From Selaginella moellendorffii (Eukaryota > Plantae > Lycopodiophyta): DNA of 64,000 nt. Every line of letters starts with the position of its first letter. Positions within the stretch are counted from its first letter, which is position 1. The position numbers and the translations under genes were made by a program. This document shows positions 25,668-34,413 of the stretch, piece by piece. The notes under the pieces were generated by a model, which saw nothing but the letters and a program-made list of their open reading frames with translations, made no database searches and was not told where the DNA came from. The stretch spans positions 308,586 to 372,585 of the forward strand of contig NW_003314320.1 of the NCBI RefSeq assembly GCF_000143415.4, in the 5' to 3' direction.

Positions 25668-27941
25668 TCACCACATGGTTGAGGAGGCGAGAATGTAGGG
25701 CGATGATTTACAAGGGTTTAAACTAATCGCATTCTTTGCGGCGTTTAAGCCAGTCTTCCCATCCCCGTGCATTCTACACGCCGCAAGGAGCGTTGTCCAA
25801 GGCAGCAAGGGATCGTCCCCTTTCTGACGTGGCGCCTGCTGAATCAGCATCCACGCCATATCGAGTATGCCAGCGCGGCCGAGGAGATCCACCACGCACA
25901 TGTAGTGGTCGGAGTCCAAATGCCCGGCAAATCCAGCCACGTACGCGCAGGCATCTTCCACCATGCCAGCGTGGCTAAATGCCGACAGTACGATGGAATG
26001 CGTGGTGGTATCCGGCTCGATCCCCTCCATCCTCATCACCAGCAACATCTCCAGTCCACTTGGGATCATGCTGTTCTGGCAATAGGCCGTCAGCATGGCA
26101 TTCCAGGTTAGCACGTCACGGCACGTCATTGTCTCCATGACAGTCGCGGCCTCCCGCACGCTGCCGCATTTGCCGTACATGTTGATCAGCGAGTTCCTGA
26201 CCGTTAGATCCGCCTGGAGCCCCGCTTTGACGGCCTCTCTGTGGATTAGTCTCCCCTCCAAAGGGTCACTCAAGCTAGCACACGCATCAACCAATGCCGC
26301 TAGTGTCACTTCATCAAATTGGCTGGACTTTAATTCAATTGCCAAGTCACTATGGCCGTTTTGGGCATATGCCGAGACCATCGAATTCAACGAAAGGATA
26401 TTCCTCTGTGGCATTTGCTGGAACATTGTCTTTGCTAGATCTATATGTCCATTCCGGCTATATGCAACGATCATGGTATTCCACGATGATATGCTATGGG
26501 TGGGCATCGCATCGAAAGCACACTTCACATCTTCTAGAGACCCACATCTAGAATACAAACTTACAAGCGCATTTCCTACCAAAACACTACAACCGTAGCC
26601 TTTTCCATTTATACAGTCGTGGAGGATTCTCGCATCTTCAATCTCCACGCAGGAATCTAGTGCTGTGACTAGAGTCACTTCATTGAAGGGCATTCCCTCC
26701 AGATCCATAAGCCGAAAAAGCCTCAGTGCCTCTTGACAGAGGCCATTTTGAGAGAGAGCGCCTAGCAATGCATTCCATGTCACTACATTCTTTTCGACAG
26801 GCATTTTGTCAAAAACTTCCCTGGCTAACGAAACATCTCTCTCCCGGGCATTTGCGGTTATTAGAATATTCCAGGTGGCCGTGTTATACTCGGGCATTAT
26901 GCTAAGAAAACTCCGTGCTTGATCTAAACAACTATTGTGTGCGTATCCACAAAGCATTGCATTCCACAACACTATATCCTTTTCCAGCGCTCTATCAAAC
27001 ACATTCCTAGCCTCAAGCAAATGCCCATTGTGCGAATATGCCACGACCATCGCCGTGCTCAGAGACACACTTTCCTCGCCCCGGAATTGCGAGAATATCG
27101 TTCTTGCTTGAGCGATGTCTCCTCTATCGCCATAGATGCCGATCATTGCATTACAAGACACACAATCCCTCTCCGGCATAGCATCGAAAAGCTCCCTGGC
27201 CTCGTCCAATCGCTCGGGCTCGCGACAGTAGCCAACAATCACGGCATTCCAGGCGATCAAGCTGCGTTGCGGCATTCGATCAAAGAAACTCTTTGCTTTG
27301 TCCAAATGCCCTCTTTGGGCAAGTGCTGTGACGATCGCCGTCCATGTGAGAAGATTCCTTTCTTCCATTCGATCAAAGAAATCAATCGCCTCGTAAAACG
27401 ATCCATTCTCTACATAGGCAGTGAGAATAGCATTTGATGAAACGATAGTTCTATGAGGCATGGTATCAAACACAGACCTCGCGCTCTCACAGTCCCCGGC
27501 AATGGCAAACGCTGTGATCATGACCGTCCACGACACAACGTCGCGCGTGGGCATCCGTTGAAACAGCATCCAGGCCTCGTCGACCATGCCACAGTGGGAA
27601 TATGCAGTGATTACTTCGTTCCAGGTTACAACGTTCCTCTCTCTCATTCCATCGAAGACGCCGCGAGCGCCAGCGAGATTCCCAGCGCGGGCATAGGCGG
27701 CGATGAGGATGTTGGCGGAGAAGACGTTTGGGATCGCGATCTCGTCGAATGCGCGCTTGGCGTTGCGCACGCTGCCGCATCTGCCATACATTTCGATGAT
27801 CAGGTTTCGGAGGAAGAGATCGCGGCGGTGCTCGCTGCCCAGCACGCTGGCCTCGAGCCGGCGGCAGTCGTCCAGATCGCGGCATTGTCTCAAGAGCTGC
27901 GCGTAGCTGGATCGATCGAAGAACAGACTGGAATCGAGCAT
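25668..27941 (-). CDS. PLS-class pentatricopeptide repeat protein with E domain (no DYW)
   Basis: 757-aa intronless ORF with tandem short PPR motifs (FDxMPxRxxVSWxAMI) and HYMCVVDLLGRAG...WTTLLAAC E domain. Confidence 0.95.
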   Translation of the reverse strand: MLDSSLFFDRSSYAQLLRQCRDLDDCRRLEASVLGSEHRRDLFLRNLIIEMYGRCGSVRNAKRAFDEIAIPNVFSANILIAAYARAGNLAGARGVFDGMRERNVVTWNEVITAYSHCGMVDEAWMLFQRMPTRDVVSWTVMITAFAIAGDCESARSVFDTMPHRTIVSSNAILTAYVENGSFYEAIDFFDRMEERNLLTWTAIVTALAQRGHLDKAKSFFDRMPQRSLIAWNAVIVGYCREPERLDEARELFDAMPERDCVSCNAMIGIYGDRGDIAQARTIFSQFRGEESVSLSTAMVVAYSHNGHLLEARNVFDRALEKDIVLWNAMLCGYAHNSCLDQARSFLSIMPEYNTATWNILITANARERDVSLAREVFDKMPVEKNVVTWNALLGALSQNGLCQEALRLFRLMDLEGMPFNEVTLVTALDSCVEIEDARILHDCINGKGYGCSVLVGNALVSLYSRCGSLEDVKCAFDAMPTHSISSWNTMIVAYSRNGHIDLAKTMFQQMPQRNILSLNSMVSAYAQNGHSDLAIELKSSQFDEVTLAALVDACASLSDPLEGRLIHREAVKAGLQADLTVRNSLINMYGKCGSVREAATVMETMTCRDVLTWNAMLTAYCQNSMIPSGLEMLLVMRMEGIEPDTTTHSIVLSAFSHAGMVEDACAYVAGFAGHLDSDHYMCVVDLLGRAGILDMAWMLIQQAPRQKGDDPLLPWTTLLAACRMHGDGKTGLNAAKNAISLNPCKSSPYILASSTMW

Positions 27942-27964
27942 TTGGCGGGCATGGCAAATAGTCT

Positions 27965-30049
27965 ATGCTGGATCGATCAAATTTTAGGGCAAGTGATTCC
28001 TGGATGGCGCTGTGGAGCGCTGCGAGGCGATCCATCCAGAATGTCAGGGCGTTGATACGATCTGGTAAGTCTAGCGCTCTTCTTCCATTCTTTCAAAGCT
28101 ATCAATGCCAGCGCTCTCCACGATCACACAGCAGTGTTCTTGGATTGGAACCGATTTCGCTGGCCGAGATCAGGGAAGCTCGCGGGAAGGATCTCACGAA
28201 GCAGCATTTTTCTGGGAGATTGCTCCAGGGGAAGCTGTGCATCGATGCCGAGGTCAGGGAAGGGATCATTGTTCACGTCGTGGAAGACGAGCAGAGCTTC
28301 CGCTACTACCTCTTCCTTTGCAACTTCGCGAGCTCCTGGTGGACGGAAAAGGAAGCTCGGCAGTGGTTTCCAAGAGATGCGACGGTGGGTATCAGGGATC
28401 CCGTGGTCTCCTTCGCCAAGGATGGTGTTCCATGCATCGAGGTGCTCAACCCAGCTTCGCTAGAGATCTCGGGAATAGAACTGGAAGGCAGTGACGAAGA
28501 CCCGTGGAAAATCGCGATGGTTGCTTTGGAAAACCATGAGTACATTCGCGCAGCGCATCTCTTCACCAACTTTGTTCACGAGAGTTCTGAGAAGGGAGAC
28601 AGGATTGCAGCGCTGTCTTATCGATCAGAGGCTTGGCTGCGAGCAGGACTTCTCGACAAGGCTCTCGAGGATGCCGAGATGGCACTGAAACTCCAGCCGG
28701 AGGGTCCATTCTCCTCCGAGAATCTGCTGAGGAAAGCAAGAGCTCTCTTGAAACTTCATGACTATCGAGCAGCTCTAGAATGCTTTGAGTCGTCTGGTCT
28801 GGCGGACGATACTTCTAGGGAGATGGAAAGATGTAGGAGGTTCTTAGAGCATAGCGAGCAGGGACTTTTCGATCTGGACGAGTACTACTTGAGCAGGGAG
28901 TCGGGAAAATCCACGCCCGAGTGTGGAGAATTTGTCGGTGCTGTGAGAATCGGCATGTCTCCAGATGGGAAAGGAAGGGGACTGTTTGCAACACAGGATG
29001 TAAAGGCCGGGGACGTTTTTTTCTTTTGCCACCCCTTGTCTGCTATGCACGACTCAGAAAAACTCCCGGCAGAGAGTGATCTTCTTGCACAGATGGTCCG
29101 AAACTGCATGGCCTCGGGTAGAAGTTTGGAGCAGCTGGTATCACTTGTAGAGTCCGATGAGATTCCAGAGCTGAATCTCTTCAAGCCGAATACAAACTGG
29201 CAGCAGAGGATCGGATTCATCGACATTCCGGCTTGCGCAAGGAAGACTTCCATCGATTATGGGTACAAGTTCGAGCGGGTGATAGGACTAGAGCGGCGAC
29301 GCGAGTTTCTATCCGGGCTGTGGATTCTCACGGCCTTTGCCAACCATTCGTGTTGTCCGAGCGCCACACAGAAGGCCGTGGGATCTGCCTCGCTCGTGAG
29401 AGCGGCAAGGGACTTGAAAGCGGGCGACGAAGTTACCTTGGCATACCTGGATCCTTTCATGCCGTGGGACGTGAGAAGCAGGCAGACAGAGTCTCGCTGG
29501 GGATTTGAGTGCGCTTGCGAGAGGTGCCACTTCGAGTCGAAGCTCCATTCCGAGAACCGGGATCTCGTAAACTCTGGTATCAAGATGGAAAAGATGCTCG
29601 AGGAGCCGAGCAACTTGGACTTGTTCGAAGTGAGCGAGATGGCATGCACGGTAGAGAAGATGATAAGCAGATGGAAAGGTCCGGATGCTCAGCGGCACAA
29701 GCACTGGATGCGGGCCTCGTACTACAAAGCATACGAAGTCTACCTTCTAAACCGAGAGGAGTTTGAGAAGTTTATAACGAGGCAGGCGCCTCCGTCATGG
29801 GAAGCTATCATGGAGGCTCTTTCCTTCACAGCTCCAGGCTACGAAGGCTTGCTTACTTTGCTAACAGTCTTCGCACAACATAACGGGAACAGCAGCAAAG
29901 CCAGGGAGTTACTCGTCCGGGAGTGCACTTCTTGCTTTGGAAAACTGTGCCGTGGAACAGTGGATTCGATCCTTCAGCGCGAAGCAAGACACTGCGCTCA
30001 AATGTGCTCAAAGCTGAGCGAAAAAGTTGTGGACCTCTCTAACAGGTAG
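27965..30049 (+). CDS. Intronless TPR + SET/post-SET domain protein (SMYD-like lysine methyltransferase)
   Basis: TPR helices (ALSYRSEAWLRAG...ALEDAEMALKLQP), SET motifs GKGRGLFATQDVKAGD, FANHSCCPS and RAARDLKAGDEVTLAY, post-SET WGFECACERC. The true start may be a downstream Met (MALWSAARR). Confidence 0.9.
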   Translation: MLDRSNFRASDSWMALWSAARRSIQNVRALIRSGKSSALLPFFQSYQCQRSPRSHSSVLGLEPISLAEIREARGKDLTKQHFSGRLLQGKLCIDAEVREGIIVHVVEDEQSFRYYLFLCNFASSWWTEKEARQWFPRDATVGIRDPVVSFAKDGVPCIEVLNPASLEISGIELEGSDEDPWKIAMVALENHEYIRAAHLFTNFVHESSEKGDRIAALSYRSEAWLRAGLLDKALEDAEMALKLQPEGPFSSENLLRKARALLKLHDYRAALECFESSGLADDTSREMERCRRFLEHSEQGLFDLDEYYLSRESGKSTPECGEFVGAVRIGMSPDGKGRGLFATQDVKAGDVFFFCHPLSAMHDSEKLPAESDLLAQMVRNCMASGRSLEQLVSLVESDEIPELNLFKPNTNWQQRIGFIDIPACARKTSIDYGYKFERVIGLERRREFLSGLWILTAFANHSCCPSATQKAVGSASLVRAARDLKAGDEVTLAYLDPFMPWDVRSRQTESRWGFECACERCHFESKLHSENRDLVNSGIKMEKMLEEPSNLDLFEVSEMACTVEKMISRWKGPDAQRHKHWMRASYYKAYEVYLLNREEFEKFITRQAPPSWEAIMEALSFTAPGYEGLLTLLTVFAQHNGNSSKARELLVRECTSCFGKLCRGTVDSILQREARHCAQMCSKLSEKVVDLSNR

Positions 30050-30211
30050 CTTTGTGTATTCTGCGACTGGCTATTTGTTTCAAAGCACATACAACAGGGA
30101 TCTGTCTAAGACTTGAAGAGGCCACCACAGTGGTCTTGTGGAAGCGACTGAACTGAAGGAAAAGAAGAGAAGAAAGTGAGTATGTTATCGTTGATCTCAC
30201 AGAGAGACTGC

Positions 30212-30218
30212 TATATAA
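30212..30218 (+). promoter_or_regulatory. Candidate TATA box of the hairpin RNA gene
   Basis: ctATATAAg-type motif (ctatataaga) about 65 bp upstream of the hairpin base, in intergenic DNA. Confidence 0.5.
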
Positions 30219-30279
30219 GAAGATTGAAGTGAAGTGTATTGCAGCAAATCACTGCAAGACTTACAACGAATATGTTTTC

Positions 30280-30424
30280 AAGTGTATTAGAATCGTAGAC
30301 TGTGGTGGTTTCCTCAAGTCTTGCGGAGATCCTGAGAGAAAAAGGCCTTTCTTCTGAGTATGTTGTCATTTAAGAAGGATCTTTGCGAGACATAAGGAAG
30401 CCACCACAGTCTACTAATGCATTT
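30280..30424 (+). ncRNA. Candidate pre-miRNA hairpin
   Basis: 5' arm aagtgtattag-aatc-gtagactgtggtggtttcct-caa-gtcttgcggagatcct (30280-30333) pairs with the 3' arm aggatctttgcgagac-ata-aggaagccaccacagtctac-taatgcattt (30376-30424). Non-Watson-Crick positions in the paired blocks are G:U on the + strand. Confidence 0.7.
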
Positions 30425-30781
30425 GCTGCTGTGGAAGAACCGAGAGCGACTAACCTGTCGTGTTTCTCTTTTCCTTTCCTTCTCCTTATATTCACCTTTG
30501 TTTATACAAAGACAAATTGGATCGACTGACGAAGATTCCACTGTGAAAATTCAATTGTTTCAGAACAGGCTGATGTTCCATTGCATAGATGAAGAGAAAC
30601 CATCAAGGCTAGTTTCTTGGCCTTATCTCTGAGCTTCAAACAAAATGGTCAGACCTGGTCAGTCACACATATAGAGTTCTAGAGCTTTGTTGCTCTACTC
30701 GATCTCAATGTTCTGCTTTGCGCTCAAGCTGACCGATAAAGTTTGTGGATCTCTCTTACAACATTAGTTAATTGAATTACT

Positions 30782-32208
30782 TTATACTGCTATGGCGAGG
30801 AGGAAGAGACCAAATGCCATAGTAAACTTTGTATCCAGCTTGACCAAGCTTTCCACATTAGCATCGCCATTGCTAAACATGAGTAGTTTAAGCAGCTTAA
30901 AATGCATTGGAAACGAGTTCACCATCGCAATGAGCAACACAAAGTGTGAAGAGTTGGACCACAAAAGCTTTGCCTGCATACATATTATCTCTGGTTAGAG
31001 CATTTTTACTTTGTGGTAATTAAAACCATTTTACCAGGAAAATATTTGCTCCCAGCGAGCATGCTCCGGATAAAACTATCCCAAGCTTCCTTCCAAACAT
31101 AACCGGGAGAGTTCTCACACCTGTGACTCGATCCCCATCCACATCTTTCACGTCCATGAGAATCTCACGCCCCAAAATCGAGAAGAAGAGGTAGAGAGTG
31201 GAGGCGTAAGTTCTCATCGGAAAACTTGCAGCATCTCCTACAAAAGAGATGTATTTCATATTATGACTTGAAAAGATCCTTGTGTGATCTATCAATTCAC
31301 CTGTGATTGCCAAGCCTCCAGCGAGAATAGAGCTCGCTACCACAGCTGCCACCACCAAATTCTTCACTATCGTCACCTTCTTGAACAAAGGTGTATAGAT
31401 GAAAGTTATCAAAGCCGAGGTGGCGACCAAAAGCCTCGCATTTAGAGTCTCCAAGTAACAAGCTCCCAGCAAAGCGGCGCCATAGATACATCCACTAGCC
31501 AATGCAACCTTGACGAATCAAACTGCTATTAGAATTCTTAATGAATGTGACTATAATATTCTTACGTGAGCTACTTCCAATTGGCCACTCTCGAGCGCTG
31601 ACTCTCGCTTGTTGAGGGCGTCGGTCCCATTGCTGTGATCGTAGCAATCGTTGGCGAGCATAGAAGCCCCGGCGATGCAAGCGCTGCAAAGAGCGGTCGT
31701 CCACACCAATGGAAGATTGATAAACTCCAGGCTTAAGTTTGCGGTCATCCAGCTCCCTCCCAAGCTCAGCATCAAGGACGGGACAACATCGTCCGGCCTT
31801 GTGAGTGATGCCAGCCCCAAAAACCTGTCAAATCTTATGCAGAGAAGTCGATTGGCATGAGCAGTATCTTTTGGGAAGAGCTACCACTCACCTGAGATTA
31901 GTAGAAATCGGGCTGGAGCTTTTGAAAACATCCTCAGATCTAGCAAAAAAGAGGAACTCTTTGAGAAATCAAATTGATACTTCTCTCTTCACGCATACCG
32001 TTGTCCAGAACTAGAGATTGGCTTTTGTGATCTTTACACGAGTACGGGGAGATCTTTCAATCAAGGAAAGAGTTGACAATGCATTTCATTACCTTGATCC
32101 AGCCAAAATGGGCTTGGAAGTGTCTTGAGCTCTCACAATTGCTGTTCTTTTGATCTTGGGGAGACTTGCATTGAGATTATAAATGTATGACTGGATTGCT
32201 TGATTCAT
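30782..32208 (-). CDS. UbiA-superfamily prenyltransferase, DGGGP-synthase-like (multi-exon, probably plastid-targeted)
   Basis: Asp-rich motifs NDCYDHSNGTDALNK and REILMDVKDVDGDRVTGVRTLP, plus YTPLFKKVTIVKNLVVA and multiple TM helices. Start (MNQAIQ, 32208) inferred. Confidence 0.85.
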
Positions 32209-32269
32209 TGCAGAGAAAGGAAGTGGGAGACACAATGCATTAGTGAGATTAAACAAAACTTTAAACGTG

Positions 32270-32278
32270 AAAAAAAAA
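32270..32278 (-). terminator. RNA polymerase III oligo-T terminator of tRNA-Leu
   Basis: T9 on the minus strand 7 nt downstream of the tRNA 3' end. Confidence 0.8.
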
Positions 32279-32285
32279 TCATATT

Positions 32286-32369
32286 TGTCAGAAGTGGGGT
32301 TCGAACCCACGCCCTCGTAAGAGGACCAGAACTTGAGTCTGGCGCCTTAGACCACTCGGCCATCCTGAC
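32286..32369 (-). tRNA. trnL-CAA: tRNA-Leu (CAA), intronless
   Basis: GTCAGGATGGCCGAGTGGTCTAAGGCGCCAGACTCAAGTTCTGGTCCTCTTACGAGGGCGTGGGTTCGAACCCCACTTCTGACA: A and B boxes, long variable arm, CAA anticodon. Confidence 0.97.
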
Positions 32370-32485
32370 CACTTGTGTGAGATCTCCTCTTGTGTAGCTC
32401 ATAGTGCTTAATGAGAAATAATTTCTAATGGATTGGATGAGGAATTTCTCACAAGACAAGGGATTGGAATTTGGAGGTTCCAGCG

Positions 32486-32937
32486 ATGGCCACGGCCATG
32501 GCGTCTAATCGAGCAGCATTCCTCGCTGGCAGCTCCAGCGCCCTGGCAATTCACGCGCCAACGCGGCCGGCACAGCTCGCTTGCGTTCCATCTATTTCGT
32601 GTTATCCATCTGGTTCGTTCTTGCTCTACAATGCTCTCTCTCTATCTGATCGATTGACGATTGATGGAAACAGTCTACTGTGGAAGGGGCGACAAGCGCA
32701 CAGCCAAAGGGAAGCGATTCAGGCACTCGTTTGGCAATGTAAGCTCCTTTTCTTCTTTCTAGATTCACTGGTTGAGGCCTCCAATCGATCGATTTGCGAT
32801 GCCAGTCGCGGCCCCGGAAGCGCAACAAGGGTCGAGGGCTGCCGCCGACGCCACTGCCTCCCAAGCCAGCTGATTCCACTACCGAAGGATCGCCAGCGCC
32901 GGAGCCAGCACCAGCGGCAATCGCCATGGAAGAGTGA
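32486..32937 (+). CDS. PSRP4: Plastid small-subunit ribosomal protein bTHX / PSRP4 (S31), 3 exons
   Basis: Transit peptide [18 protein letters not shown]; spliced core [22 protein letters not shown]|[11 protein letters not shown] matches the THX signature. Not visible as a single ORF in the track. Confidence 0.92.
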
Positions 32938-33033
32938 TCGAGGTCTCGCTCAAATGTATCATCCAAATTTTTTTCAAAAACATCTCATCCCCTCCAAGAA
33001 CCCTAGGTAGAGTTGTTTCATTCGCGAGAGATT

Positions 33034-34295
33034 ATGGATGCGCTGCTCGATACCGCGGCGCGGGGCGATGCCACGGAGCTGCGAGAGCTGATTCGAGCCG
33101 GCGGGGATGCGAGCTACGCGAATCCATCTACAGGTCTCACGCCGCTCATCGCCGCGGCAAAAGCTGGGCATTCCGAGGTAGTGCGTGTTCTCTTGAATGC
33201 CGGCGCTCCCTGGAACGCGTTGGATCGATCCGGACGCTGCGCTGGAGATTATGCCATGGACGCGGGTCACCAGGATTGCTACGACATCCTTCTTGATGCC
33301 GGTATTGCTCTTCCCTAGGTTTTTCTTGCTCGATTTTGCGATTTCCCTCCCAATGTGATCATGCTTCTCGATGCCACCCTAGATTTTCTTGTTTTCATGG
33401 ATTTCTTGCTCGATTTTGCGATCTCCCTCGGTATTGTTCTTCCCTAGTTTTTCTTGTTTCCATGGATTTCTTGCTCGATTTTGCGATTTCCCTGGCAATG
33501 TGATCGATATATTTCTTTCCTTTTCCTTGAAGGCGTGAAAGCTGAGCTCGTGCTTGGAGCGGCCTCGAGACAAACCACCAAGAACAGCGAATTTTCCAAC
33601 AAGGACTACTTGGAAGCTCGGCTAAGTTTTAGTGAAGGAAAGCTGGTGAACGAGGAGAGTGAGGGCGTTATGATGGCGTGGGAGAGACCTCTTATGGAAG
33701 CTCACGCTAAGGCGGTTTGCTGCGGTGGTGACGACATTCTCAACGTCGGCTTTGGCATGGGACTCGTCGACACTGCGATCCAGAGCTACAATCCATCGTC
33801 TCACACGATCATCGAAGCGCATCCAGATGTTTACGCTCGAATGATCTCCACAGGCTGGAAAGAGAAGGCGAACGTTCGAATTGTCTTCGGGCGATGGCAA
33901 GATGTTATTTCCGAGCTGGGACAGTATGATGGTAAGTTCCATCTCGCATTACTTGCAGCTAAAAATCTTGTTACACAGGGATTTTCTTTGACACTTACGG
34001 GGAGTACTACGAAGATATGCGAGAGTTCCACTCCCAGCTACCAAAACTCTTGAAGCCTGGAGGAATCTACTCCTACTTCAATGGTCTGTGCGGACACAAT
34101 GCGTTCTTTCACGTTGTTTACTGTCAGCTGGTGGCGTTGGAACTTGCACAGATCGGTCTCACCACTCAGTTCATTCCTTTGCCAGTGAGGAGCTGCCTGG
34201 ACGAGAAGACCTGGGAAGGGGTCCGAGAGAAATACTGGCAACTGGATACATACTTTTTGCCTGCTGCACAGGCCGAGGAAGAGACCGACAACTAG
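33034..34295 (+). CDS. RMT2: Ankyrin-repeat protein arginine N-methyltransferase RMT2-like (3 exons)
   Basis: Ankyrin repeats with GAPWNALD; VMMAWERPLMEAHA, ILNVGFGMGLVD, HTIIEAHPDV, FFDTYGEYYED and YSYFNGL. Confidence 0.92.
33301..33505 (+). repeat. Tandem duplications inside RMT2 intron 1
   Basis: ttcttgctcgattttgcgat occurs three times, and the donor-containing ggtattg(c/t)tcttccctag occurs twice (33301 and ~33430). Confidence 0.85.
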
Positions 34296-34413
34296 AAAAT
34301 CTTGAGAAAATCTTGGTAAACATCTTGAGTTTGGAGTTTGGGTAAAATGACCACATTGTTTCTCTCTCTTCTTTTTATCTAGCCTATGGTTCAAGCAAGT
34401 AGACATCCTGCTG

